Positions 39,645 through 52,454 of a stretch of 64,000 nucleotides of DNA are shown one piece after another. The stretch's first letter is position 1, and each line of letters starts with the position of its first letter. The position numbers and the translations under genes are program-made. This DNA comes from Camelus dromedarius. Taxonomy: Eukaryota. Location of the stretch: positions 71,612,001 to 71,676,000 of the forward strand of contig NC_087437.1 of the NCBI RefSeq assembly GCF_036321535.1. The letters are read 5' to 3'. The notes below the pieces were generated by a model. It had not been told where the DNA came from and searched no databases. It saw only the letters and a list, made by a program, of their open reading frames with translations.

Positions 39645-42600
39645 ACAGCTTTTTTGAGGTGTAACTGACACACAACAAACTTCACATATTTAAAGCATGT
39701 ATTTCACCTGTGTTATAGACACACATACCTGTGAAACCATCCTCTGTATATCCAGCATCCTCTGAAGTTTTCTTCCTCCTTTAAACCTCTCTCCTACTTC
39801 CCTGCTTCTTTTGCATTCCCAGGCAACCAGTGGTCTGTTTTCTGTTACTACATTAACTTTCATTTTCTAGAGACTTTTATGAATGGAATCATGCAGTAAG
39901 TGCCCTTTTTTGTTTGTTTGTTTGGCTTCTTTCATTCAGCATAGTTATTTTGTTAAATGAGTTTTATGAAAATTTTGCTTAGAATTTTTGCATCTGAAAT
40001 CATGAGGGATGTTGGTCTGTAATTTTCTTTTCTTGTAATGCCTCTCTCTGCTTTAGGTATCAGGGTAATGCCGGCCTCACAGAGTGAGTTGGGAAGTGTT
40101 CCCTTCTCTTCAATATTTTGAAAGAGTGTATATAGGATTGTTAATATTTCTTCCCCAAATGTTTGATAGAATTCATCAGTGAAGCCATCTAGGCCTGTAG
40201 TTTTCTTTGTGGTGAGGTGTTTTTAAATTGCAATTTTAATTTCCTTAATAGATATAGGGCTATTCAAATTATCCACATTTTTTTTCTTGAGAAAGCTTTG
40301 GTAATCTATGTCTTGCAAGGAATTTGTCCATTTTTTCTACAATGTTAAAATTACTGCACTAAGGGTCAAAGTATTATATTATTCTTTAAGTATTTGTAGA
40401 ATCTGTCACCTCTGTCATTTCTGATACTGGTAATTTATATGTAATTTTTCCCCTAATCAATTTGTTTATAAGTTCATCAGTTTTAATTAATCTACTCAAA
40501 GATTCAGCCGTTAGTTTCATTGGTTTTTGCTTTTCTATTTTATTGATTCGGCTTTAATCTTTATTCTTTCCTTTCTTCTTACTTTGGATTTAACTTACTC
40601 TGTCTAATTTCTAAAGGCAGAAGCTAAGCTCACTGATTTGAGACTTTCTTTTCTAATATAGGTGTTGCTACAAGTCTCTTAAAGTACTATCTCAATTATA
40701 TTCCATAAATTTTGATATTCTGTATTTTCATTTCCATTCAGTTCAAAATATATTCTATTTTCTGTTCTGATTTCTTATTTGATGGCTTATTTAAAACTGT
40801 ATTTCCCCCCCAAATTTTGAGGAATTTGCCAAGGATCATTATGTTATTGATTTCTAATTTAATTATACTATGGTCAGAGAACATACCTAGTATGACTTTA
40901 TCCTTTTAGATTTATTGACACTTGCTTTATGGTTTAGATTATTGCTAAAAATTCTGTATCTATTTGAGAAGCACGTGTATTCTGCTGGTTGTTGTAGTAG
41001 TAGTAGTCTATAAATGTGAATCAGGTCAAGATGGTTGATAATGTTGTTCAAGCCTGTTATAGTCTTGCTGATTCTCTACCTACTTGTATTGTAGTTGTTC
41101 AGGGAAGGCCACTGAAATTTCTGACTTTATTTCATGTTGCAGTTCTATCAATTTTTGCTTCATTTATTTTGAAGCTCTCTTATTAGGGGCATAAATGTTT
41201 AGAATTGTTATATATTTTTTAATTTAATGGCTCCTTTACTATCATAAAATGATTGTATTTACCCTTGGTAATATTCTTTGCTCTGAAATCTATTTCGTCT
41301 AATATTAATTAAGTCACTCCAGCTTTCTTTTGATTAGTGTTAGAATGATATATCTTTCTCCATCTTTGTACACTTACTTGCGTTTTTATATTAAGTGTGT
41401 ATTTCTTCTTATAGGCAGCAATTAAAAAAATCCAATCTGACAAACTCTACTTTTTAATTGAAGTGTTTAGACCATTTACACTTAATGCAATAATTGATAT
41501 GTGTCTATCATCTTGTTACTTGTTTTCTACTTCTCTCATTTGTTCCTTGTTTCCTGTTTTGCATTTTTCTGCCTACTTTTAGATCAATCAAGTATTTTTT
41601 ATCTCTTTTACAATATCTCTTTTTTTTTGCATTTCATTATTTATTTGATGTTTAAGCTCTTGCACTAGATTTTTACAAGCTGGTGAACACTGATAAACTA
41701 TTTCTCCCACAAAACTATAACTGTATGTTCCCAGACAGTATAAATTATATGGTTGCAGTCTTGTTAACACACATCACCATTTTATCAATTACATAATAAA
41801 ACAAATTGTCAAGTATCCAAATATTAAGTTACGTAGCCCAAAATGCATATAGAATATTAATGTCTGCTTAATTCATTAGCAGAAATTCACTTTTTTTTTT
41901 TGCAAGAGAGGTTGGTAATCACAGTTCAAACAAAAATATGTTGGTAAACAACTTCAGATAAGTATGAAAAAGGATTACAAGAGTTTCAGAAATTTTATGA
42001 TTAAGAATTGTTTTAGCTACAATAACAAAATATTTCTACCTTTTAAAAATATTTACTAAATTAAAGTGCATGTTCTACATGTTCTGCACAAGACAAAGGC
42101 AACAGTATACTAAAAATACTTAATAGCCTCCTCCCACTCTTTTTTCAGGCCCTTCCTGTAAGTTGCACCCTGAAGTGCAAACAATAAAATTAACTGTAAG
42201 GATTTTTTATCTGGAGACATGTGCTTCTATACAATGTAGATTTTTCAAATGAATGTTTTTCATAACAGTGCAAAGGAGATTTATAGAAAGACATTAAATA
42301 ATCGTAGTAAGACTTGGTTAATAAAAAGAAAAAAGGAGCAAATCTGATGTACACTGGTATGAATGTGGGAGATGTAAACATACTGTGAGCAAATAACCAT
42401 ACAGGCCATACTTTTTATGTGTGAAATGATGGAAGGAAGAAACCACAGAAGGTCCAGAGTGTCCAGAGTTCCTGGGATTTTAGTTCTACATGATACTAAC
42501 AATATACAAGTATTGTGCTGGGTATTTTGGCACCTAATCTTTCTAAATTTCTTACATGTTGATAAGACTCTGGCATGGGAACAGATTTAAAGACAACTTA

Positions 42601-44660
42601 ATACTGTGTGATTTCAGGAATGGTCAGTTGATACAAATGATAAGCACACTTAAAATGCTGAACAGCAAGAATCTTTTGCTAAGTGTCCAAATAGATTGAT
42701 CATAACCCAAACATAGAGGCTGTAATTCTGCCAGGCTTGTGGTCTGGTAAAACTGCTTTTCAACACTCCTATGGAAGCTTCAGTAGACTTTTCATCAAGC
42801 CAACGTGTTGGCTAATATGTATGACAAATTCAGTCCCATCTCAAGTTCCACTTCAAGGCAATGGCATCAGGCACCCCAGTTTTACTGAATGCAACAATTG
42901 TTTCTATGACCATTGGAGTCTTTAAAGTGCAGCCACATTTTTAGGACGATACTTCTCCAAATACAAAAGCTGCTTGCTGTTAAAAGTGCCACACTATTTT
43001 TGTCTTACGAACTATACTGCATCTTCATATTTCATTCCACCTTCAATTAATGCTAGGGCGACAAGCACTGGAGCTCTCCCAAGGCCTGCAACTCAATGAA
43101 CAGCAATATAACAAGGGTCTTCATGAAACTGAATTTTCACAAGACTTAATAATCATCAACAATCTGGTTAGATGGTGGTGCACCATCACCAAAAGCCCAG
43201 TTGAGAACTGGCTGCCTTCTTTCTCCACAAGAGTAGTGTCATAAGTTGCTTCACATACCCTTATTATTGTGTAACTCCATACTTAGGTTCCTCCATACAT
43301 TTGTTTAAGGTCACATTAGTTGTGTGTAATAGGAAATCTCATGTTCTTGTATGTGACTTCCACAGGAGCTGGGCAGTTCATTTGAGCTATGTTAATTTAG
43401 TTAAAAAACACTCAGTAGGATTATGAAAGAATTAAAAAGATTGAATACAGAAATGATGCAAAGAAACTGAGCCTACTTCAATATACTCCATTTGAAATTC
43501 TCAGTGCTTCTGAGTATAAAGTTGGAAGTAATGGAAAATGAAATGAACCTTCTAATAAGAAGCAGCTATTCTTTAATCCAGTAATACTGAGGCAATAGAA
43601 AGAAAGTGCACTGAGGATTACCCCACCCAGGTAAGAACTCTTGTAAAAAATGCTCTGTGGATTTCAATTCAACACTTCTATGTCCAGGTTAGCCACTCTT
43701 CTGGGGGCTTCTTGGTGGAGTAGTAACGAATTTCTACTGTCCACCTGTCTGCACAGAGGTCTGCTGTGAATGGCAGTACTCTCCACTGCCCTTCAGAAAC
43801 TCCATAAATGTGTGATCAGAACACCACAGAAATGCCTCTCTCCAGCCTGGTGTCTTGAGGTAGGCTTGGTTGTCTGAAGAGAAGTCCACTCTTGTAGCTT
43901 CACTCTCAGGTCACCAAGTGGATCCTAGTATCTCTTTTTATAGATATCATCTCTTTTAGCTCTAACTCATTACTTTAGTGACAGCTTTAGGGTTTATCGT
44001 ATACATCTTTAACTTACCACAGTCTACCTTCAAATAATTTTCTTCTACCTTCAAGTAATTTTATAACACATCAGGAATAGTATAAGAGCCTTACAGTAAT
44101 ATGCTTCCTCTGGCCTTTATGTTACTGTTGCCATGCATTTTACTTTTACATGTAATATAAGCCTTATAGTACATTTTATTATATTTAAGTATTCAATTAT
44201 CTTTTATAGAGATTTAAAGAACTAGAAACATACTTTCATATATTTACTCCTGTAGCTTTTCCAGTGCTTTTCATCATGTAGACCCAGATTTCCATCAGGT
44301 ATCATTTTCCTTCTGCTTCAAGTGACTACTTTAACATTTCTCTTAGTTGGGGGTCTGCTGGTCATAAGTTCTGTCAGTTACGTGTGGAAGCATCTTTATT
44401 TCATCCTCATTTTTGAAAGATGTTTTTGACAGATATAGAATTGTAGGTTGGCAGATTTTTTTTTCTTTTAATGCATTTAAGATTTTCTACTGTTTTTTTT
44501 TTCTGTGTTTCTAATGAGAAATATGATTGCTACTCTGTAATGCCTTCTTTCTGGCTGCTTTAAAGATTTTTTTTTTTATTACTGGTTCTGAGCAATTAAT
44601 TATGTATCTTGATGTAATATTCTTCATGTTTTTTGTGTTTGGATTTTGTTGAGCTTCTGG
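39645..44660 (-). mobile_element. Old L1M elements, interrupted by PTP4A1 retrocopy at 41625-43926
   Basis: T-rich antisense L1 ORF2-like sequence (e.g. GATAGAATTCATCAGTGAAGCCATCTAGGCCTG); resumes after retrocopy TSD. Confidence 0.7.
41625..43926 (-). pseudogene. PTP4A1: PTP4A1 (PRL-1) processed pseudogene with 5' UTR, disabled CDS (42882-43390), 3' UTR and poly(A)
   Basis: Intronless; minus-strand translation gives (I)AQMNCPAPVEVTYKNMRF..IAVH*VAGLGRAPVLVALALIEGGMKYEDAV*..FKDSNGHRNNCCIQ*; ATG mutated to ATA, stops and frameshifts; AATAAA 41640-41645, T tract to 41628, TSD A(A/G)TATCTCTTTTT at 41612-41624 and 43927-43939. Confidence 0.93.
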
Positions 44661-45839
44661 AAGTCAGGTTTGTGGGTAAAAATGCTGACGGAGGATTGAA
44701 TTGGTGATGGAAGCTTATGAAAGTTCTATTCAGATTGCTTCAGTGTTGTCAATAAAGTAGGAAGCAAGGTCACTGGTTGAGGCTGAGGACAGAGGAAGAG
44801 ATACTGAGCATGAGAGAAGGTATAAAGTTGTTACATAGGAGGGTAGGAGAATTAACGGATCAGAGAATTGTAATACGGTCTTCAGTCATCTTTAAAGGCC
44901 CACTTAAAATTGGTGATCATGAATTTAAAGTCAGCATGGTTAAGTGTTTTTCTCCTTCCAGTTTCAGCTGTAAGGGTGCAGGCACTTAGTAAATACAGTG
45001 TTGAAATAGCCAGGATTGTGGTTTTTGCCAAGTTTACCGTAACTCAGAGAAGGGCAGGGAGTTGAGGATGTATGCAGGATTATATTGATTATATTGATAG
45101 ATCATTAAATATAACTACATCTAACCTCCTCAACCAGAGTGGAAAATATTAGAAGGCAGTTCTTTGCATCTAGAAGATGTTGAATATTGTATTTGCTGAT
45201 CCGTGGATGAGTGTGTCTTAACAGTACAAAACTAAGAGCTAAAGGAGGTTGTGTTACTGGAGCAAATTAACTGTTTTCCAATGAAGTGCTTTTTAAAATT
45301 CTTAGTATGGGCTACACAGCTTTGCCTGTCTTGGCTCCACCCAGCTAGGGCAGCCTTCCTTATACCAAGCTCCCACTGCTCTCTCAACTCCAGACAAAAT
45401 GGATTTCTTCAACGTCCTTGCACTTGCCACACACCTTTGCATATGTGACTCCCTCTGCAGGAATGCTCTACTCTTCCTTAGTAGCTTACTCATCCTTGCT
45501 TTTCAGCTTTTCTGGTAATTCAAATATTCCTATAAGCTTAGTGTCTGGTCAGTACGCCTACTCCTCAGCACCTGTCAGTCTTAATTTTACATTTATATCT
45601 TTAATAGCTGTTTGCTACTATAGAATAAGCTTCCTGAGGACGGACTTTGCCTATTTTTAGATCCCACTGAATTTAACAATCTCTGGCACTTTGGTAGGTG
45701 GTAAACATTTTTGAATAAGCAGAGGTGAAAGCAAGTAAGTGTGCTATGTGAAACTTGCTGTGGAGAACCACATCTTTTCGAGAATTCACAAGATGCTGCC
45801 TAATGCTACACACTTATCCTCCACAGTTTTGCCCGGAGC

Positions 45840-46360
45840 CCTGCCGACGGCACAGACGGCCAAAGCATTACATATCAAAGCCGGATACATCAAAGCCTTT
45901 TAATCCCTTAGGCCACAGACCAAACCAGACTTTGGGAGGCGCCTGCGCACTGGCCTCAGCGGATATACGCGCGGGAATGGGGCGGGGCTCCGGTAACCTA
46001 GGCAACATCCCGGAAGCGGAGGCTGCCTTGACTTGTGGCGGGCCGGGCGGTTCTGAAGCCCGAGGTTTTAGTCGTGGTGGACGCAGCAGCCGGGAAGCAG
46101 CAAGGCAGGTTGCGGTTACGGGACGGAGGCCTGCACCCGCAGCCCCGCCGAGTCTAAGGGACCGAGGCTACAGGGCGGGGAGAACGGTGGTGGCGTCTTC
46201 CTTTCTGTTTCCTGGGGATCCAGGCGCCTGGGTTGAGGAGCCTCACTACAGAAAGTGCACTCGCGACTCCGCTTTGCGAGTGTCTGTGCGTGTCAGGATG
46301 CGTGTCTGCGCGTGTGTTTGTGCCTAGCTCGCTTCCTCTAGGAGCATCGTGCGCAGCGCT
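45840..46360 (+). promoter_or_regulatory. SPICE1: SPICE1 CpG-island promoter with NRF1-like (45939-45949), GC box (45979-45988), RFX X-box (45993-46006) and ETS CCGGAAG (46010-46016) motifs
   Basis: CpG-rich; motifs read directly; nearest CpG island upstream of the SPICE1 start exon. Confidence 0.8.
46000..46108 (+). other. SPICE1: Probable non-coding exon 1 of SPICE1 (TSS uncertain; donor at 46104|GC or 46108|GT)
   Basis: ATG exon starts immediately after an AG acceptor so an upstream exon is needed; AAG|GCAG|GTTGCG is the first donor-like site downstream of the promoter motifs. Confidence 0.55.
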
Positions 46361-47949
46361 TTTGGGAGCTTCTGCACAGAGCTAGAAATGGGGGTATCCT
46401 CGTGTAGCTTTCAAGGAATTTCCAGTCCAGCAGGAGAGACAAACTACCCAGGTACTTGGGGACAGGGAGGGTCATTTGAGTCGGTTTGATGGTTAGGAAA
46501 GGATTTATCAGGAGGGGCCGCTTGAGTGAATTTTGAGGAGTGAGTGGGAGTTAACTCCGTGAAGGGAGTGGAAATTTGAGAGGTGTTCCAAGCAGAGCGT
46601 AAGGAATGGCTGGAACTGTATGTGAGGGCGAGAGCTGTGTTTTAGGATGTGTGGGAGATATAAGAGGAGAAAAGGCTAGAAAGAAAGGGCAGCTGGGTTA
46701 CAAGGAGGGAGGAGAGGGCCTGAGTGCCTAGCCGAGTTGCATTCCTCTCTGCAGGGGAGAGCCATTAAAATCTTTTGAGGAATGAAGGAAAGTGTTGAGA
46801 GTTATACTCTATCCATATGTCTGGGTAGGATTGACTGACGGGACAGTGTTTGGAAAGATGTCTTGTTTCCCTTTGATCAACTTTTCATTAGCCAGAGTGG
46901 ATTTGCTAAATCACATCCTAACTGACCTTGGGTAAAGTCCCTCAGTGGCTTGCTATAGGTCTTTAGGATAGTGTTCAAATTGCTGTGGCTCACAAGGCCA
47001 TGATCTGGCCTCTGCCTTTCTTTTTTATCCTCTTTCTAGCCTCTTATCCTCTCAAATCTTTGTTAGTCAAACTGAACCTCTCAAACCCTTTGTAAATACC
47101 TTTCCCCCTACCTGGAGCTGCTTTCCCCAAATTCTTTTATTCATAGTTCAGCTTAAACATTTTTAGGGGAATTAGAGGGAGGAGGTGGCATTTTCTCACT
47201 GTGTAGAGTAAGTTAGGTATTTCTGTGACCCTGAATTTACTTCCTACATTAGCCTTTTATTGCAATTACTCATTTAACTGTGGTGGGACAGACTCTAAGC
47301 TCTGTGAGGGTGCGGAGTATTCTACTTTCTTGCTGTATCTGGTGCCTGGCTCTTGGCAGGTGCTTTCAAAATACCTGTTGAAATAATAGACCGATGATGA
47401 AGTGGGTGAGGAAATGAGTGAAAGGAAGATCAATTAGGAGAAATAAAGAGAACTTGGACAAAAACATTCTCGGTAGAGATGAAGAAGAGACATGAGAGAG
47501 ATATTTCAGGGAAAGAATGAATAGATTCACAGGAAAGAAGAAAAGGTGATGCTAAGATTTTAAACTGGAGCAACTAGAAGGATGGTAACTCTGTAGTTCA
47601 GTGTCATTCAGCAGACATCTACTGAGCAAGCAGATTATACATTAAGAACTAGAGATTGGTGGAGAGGGGGTGTGGGTACTAAGCTATATATTGGTCATAC
47701 TGTATTTGAGATATTTGGGGGATGTGCACAGAAGCCAGTTGGAAATGAGCATTAGGTGTTTTGAGGAAAGGTGTGAATCCTTGATTTGGGACTCATTTTC
47801 ACAGTGTGTTTGTGTGCCCAGTGCATTGATAGCTTTGCTCAAGGGAGTAGGTGAGTTCACTAAGGGAAGATGTAAACTCCCCCTTGGTGATCTAGAAAGT
47901 AAGTTCCATGAGAGCTGACACCATATTAGACTTGTTTACTATTGAATCT

Positions 47950-47982
47950 CCAGTGCCTGGCCAGTGCCTGGCCAGTGCCTGG
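47950..47982. repeat. 3 x 11-bp tandem repeat CCAGTGCCTGG in an L2-like 3' end
   Basis: Directly visible. Confidence 0.85.
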
Positions 47983-48683
47983 CATGTGGCAGTCTCTCAA
48001 AAACAATTATTGGATGAAGAGAGAGGGTGTCCAATAGAAAGAAAAGTGGACTGGGATAGAACCGAGTGAAGATCTTGATTGTATAGTATGTGAGGAGGGA
48101 CCAACAGAGCCTGCAAAGAGAAGGGGAAAAGAATAGGAGAGAAACCAGGAGAAATAGTGTCATGGAAGCCAAGGGAGTGGAGAGCCTCTAGGAGTGGAGT
48201 CTCTAGAGATGGAAGGGGCCTGAGAAATAAGGGACCAATAATTTTAGCAATTCGGAAGTTATTAGTACTTTAGATTTTCTCCAAGCAAGCCTAGATTTTC
48301 TGGGCTATGCTACTTTTATTATTTGACTTCCCAGCCCTGTAAACCATCAAAATATCTCTATAGTCTCACATTTCAGCATGTAAACTATAGCTCCCTTGTG
48401 ATCCCTGGTTTCTTTAAGTGGCACAAAATCCCTTTGTTAGGCCACAAAGTCTGATCCTTGGTCAAGCAAGATATGGTCACTGTTACAGGTGTTGTTCAGG
48501 AGATCACTTTTCAGTGCAGAGGTGGTTCCTGTGTTATAAAAGTTTGAAGTGTAACTGGGGCTTAGTAAATAGAAGTGCTGAAATAGGCCTCTCCTTCATG
48601 ATGTTTGTCGGTGAAGGGAAGGTCAGAGGTGGGATAGCAGCTTCATTATACCATACACGGACTGGAATTTAGGGTTGACCAGT

Positions 48684-49283
48684 GCATTATTTTCCTGTGC
48701 TGTGTAGCAAATTACCACAGACTTAGTGGCTTAAAACAGTGCACAAGTATTATCTCACAGTACCTGTGGCTTAGCTGGGTACTGTGCTTCAGGCCTCACA
48801 AAGTTATGATTAAGGTGTTGGTGGTCTGCAGTCTGCATTTTTCCCAAGTTGGCGGCTCAACCTGGGAAAAATCTGCTAGGCTTACCTCACTCAGGTTGGC
48901 AGACTCATTTCTCTGGGGCTGTCTGGTTGAGCGATCTTGGCTTCTTACTGACTTCTGCTGGAGACTGCCCACAGTTCTCTGAGTTCCCTGCTACGTGGTC
49001 CTTTTCATAGGGAGTCACAGCATGGCAGTTTGCTTTTTCAAGGCCAGCAGGAGAGAATCTCTTGCTCTGTTGTCCTCAGAGAGAGACTTGTATAACATAA
49101 TGTAATCACAGGAATGACATGTCCTCACATTTGCTGTGTTTTGTTGGATAAAACAAGTCACAGGGGAAAAACAAAACAAAACAAAACAAAACTCAAAAAG
49201 CCAGTCACGGGTCCTGCCCAAACTCAAGGGGAAAGGGTTATACAATGGCACAGCTCATTGGGGTTATCTTAGGGTGATCACAG
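48684..49283 (-). mobile_element. MLT1 (MaLR) LTR; second partial MLT1A-like at ~49337-49525
   Basis: CAAATTACCACAGACTTAGTGGCTTAAAACA hallmark. Confidence 0.7.
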
Positions 49284-49809
49284 CCAGCTTTGCTAGGCTA
49301 AATTGAAGAAGGAAAAAAAAAAAAGCAAGTTATATATTGTCTTAGTCCATTTAGGCTGCTGTAATAAAATACTAGAGCCCGAGGAGCTTATAAGTCACAG
49401 AAATTTATTTCTCAAAGTTCTGTATCTGGGAAGTGCAAGATCAAGGCACCAGAACAGTCATGTTTTGGTGAGGGTCCTCTTCATGTTCGCAGCCTGCACC
49501 TTCTTGCTGTGTCCTCACACAGACAGCACAGATAAAAGCTTTATTAATAATGAGGTATATTAACATCATTGAAAATATACTGTATATGCAGTTCTATATT
49601 CTACTTTTTACAGTGAACTTTTTATGTATTTTCTTGTGTCATTAAATATTCTTTTTGATATAATTTTAAAGAATGCATAATTCATCATACAGATTACCGA
49701 CATTTTATGATTCCCCTTTGTTTCTGCCAAGTAAATTCAAGATCTGAGTGGTTAAAGAGTAAAACACATTAGAAACCTTTTTTGCACAACTATTATATTT
49801 TTCCGTATC

Positions 49810-51160
49810 TTTTTTTAATAACAGCATTATTGAGATATAACTCACATACCATAACATTTAGCCCTTTAAAGTGTACAATTCAGAGGTTTTTAGTTTGTTC
49901 ACAGAGTTTTATAACCATCACCACTATCTAATTCCAGAACATTTTCATCATCCCCAAAAGAAACCCCTGCCCATTATCAGTCACTCTCCATTTCCTCCTC
50001 CCCCAGGTCCTCCCAACCACTAATCTACTCTGTGTCTCTACAGCCTTGCCTGTCCTGGACATCTCATATACATGGATTCATACAATATGTGGCCATTGGT
50101 GTCTGGCTTCTTTCTCTCAGCATAATGTTTTCAAGGTTCATCCATGTTGTAGCATGTGCCAGTACTTCATTCCTTATCATTGCCAAATAATATTACATAG
50201 TATGGATACACACTATTTTATTTATCCCTTTTTCAGTTAATGCATATTTGGGATGTTTCTGCTTTTTTGTCTATTAAGAATAATGTTGCAATGAATATTC
50301 ATGTCTAAGTTTTTGTGTGGACATATGTTTTCAATTCTTTTGGGTATATATCTAGGACTAGAATTGCTAGGTCGTATGGTAATGCTGTGCTTAACTTTTT
50401 TAGGAACTGCCAAACTGTTTTCCAAAGTGGCTATGCTGTTTTACATTCCCACTAGTGGTATCTGGGGACTCCAGTTTCTCTACATTTCCTCCAAAGCTTT
50501 TTATTTCCATCTTTTTGATTATAACCATCCTGGTGGGTGTGAGGTAGCATCTCATTATGGTTTTGATTTGCATTTAATGACTAATGATCTTGAATGTCTT
50601 TTCACATATTTATTGGCCATTTGTCATATCTTCTTTGGAGCTATGTCAATTCAAATCCCTTAGCCATTTTAAAATTGGATTCTTTTGTTGTTGAGTTGTA
50701 AGAGTTCTTTATGTATCCTGGATACAAGTTACCTCTTAGATGTATGATTTGCAAATGTTTTCTGTCATTCTTTTTGTTTTCTTCACTTTCTGATGATGTC
50801 CTTTGGAGCACAAAATTTTTTAATTTTGATGGAGTCCAGATTAGTTTTTCTTTGGTTGCTTACATTTTTAGTGTCATTTCTAAGAAACCATTGCTTAATC
50901 CAAGATTCATGCTTGTTTTCTAGGAGTTTTTATTTTTAGCCCTTACATGTAAGTCTGTGGATTCATTTGAAGTTGATTTTTATGTATATTGTGAGGTAGG
51001 AGGTCTTACTTCATTCTTTTTCATATGGATATCCATTTGTCCCAGCACCATTCATTGAAAAGACTGTTCTTTCCCCATTGAATTGTTTTTTGTCACCCTT
51101 GTTGAATATAAACTGACCATAAACGTAAAGGTTTGTTTTGAACTCTTAGTTCTGTTCCGT
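49810..51160 (-). mobile_element. L1MB-type 3' end
   Basis: T tract then ATTGAGATATAA..TTTAAAGTGTACAATTCAG; ORF2 C-terminal remnants. Confidence 0.8.
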
Positions 51161-52355
51161 TCCATGTCTTTTAAAATGGTATTTATGGCTCTGACACTTA
51201 ACTGTGTGGCTTTCACGGTTAGTTAACTCTTTGTCCCTTAGTTTTCTCACCTGTAAAATGAATAACAAGTATAAAACTTCAGTGGATTATTGTGAGGATT
51301 AAAGGAGGTAGTATATGGGAAGAGCTTAGAACAGTAGCTGGCTTGTATGTTTGCTCGTTCCATCATTACTACCACCATCACTAAAACTTAAATGTTATTC
51401 TCTAACTTGTATGTGATTTATCTTCTTTGCTGGATTGTACACTTTAAAATTAGATACCATGTTTAAAAACTATCGAGAAAAATACTTGCCTTTAGTCATC
51501 TTTATCACAGTACACTAGTTAATTTTTTTTTTTAGATGTACTTAAGGAAACTACTAGAATGTTCTAGGATAATTTGGAATAAGGGGTTCAGTTGGAAAGT
51601 CCTGTAATTATTTAGGTGTGTAAAGAAGGTCTGGAATAGGAGTCATGTCCATGTGTTGCTTTTTAAAAATCATATATGCATTCTAAAATCCTAGTGTTCA
51701 GAGACTATGAGTCTTTTTCTCATTTTGTATGTTTAGTCCAGTGTCCTTAGCATTGCTATTTTAAGAGTACCAAGCAAATGTTGGCAATTTTCAAATTCTA
51801 GCTTAATATTGATAATCACCCCCATTTAGTATTATGTGAAAAATATACTAGAAATGGTATCATAACTCATTCATTCTCTAAAATTTAGCCACCTTTATTT
51901 TAAGGTGAGTACATACGTATCTGGTAGTGATTTTGAGTGCTGGAGTGCTTAAAAAAGAACACCAGCTATCTCTGAACTTAAGAGAAGTTCGTATTTTCAC
52001 ATGGGACTGACATTTCCTCTGTTGTGAATTTGTGAACGGGTGACAAGGCTTATGACTACTGTCCTAGATCTCTGCTTTAGGTCATAACTGCTACATTCCT
52101 AGAGTTCTTTTTTAATTACATATATTTAATTTGTTGACTTGAAACCTCTTTTATCAAAGTTATCAGTATCAATTTTCTAATAACTACAACATTAAAGAAC
52201 CAAGTCTTTTGGTAGCCTGTTTCTTTCATTGTGAGTCAGTTTTTCTTCCGATGTTTTAAATTTTATTTTCCTAGATATCTTTTCCCCCCCTGGGGTGATG
52301 ACTAATTATTAGTTTTTAACTTATTTTAAAAATTTGATATGATTATTATTCCTAG

Positions 52356-52454
52356 ATGTCATTTGTCAGAGTGAACCGTTATGGTCCTCGGGGAGGAGGA
52401 AGGAAAACACTGAAAGTAAAGAAGAAGAAAACGTCAGTGAAGCAAGAATGGGAT
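52356..52454 (+). CDS. SPICE1: SPICE1 (spindle and centriole associated protein 1) first coding exon, 99 nt
   Basis: [39 protein letters not shown]; donor GTAAGT. Confidence 0.95.

Noticed and set aside
32140..45840. Single shared bidirectional promoter for SIDT1 and SPICE1
   Set aside because: The genes have separate CpG islands about 14 kb apart
45755..46327. 190-aa ORF over the SPICE1 promoter
   Set aside because: TTG start, CpG-island composition, no recognisable domain
47950..47982. Direct repeats as a CRISPR-like array
   Set aside because: No spacers; simple tandem duplication in mammalian DNA
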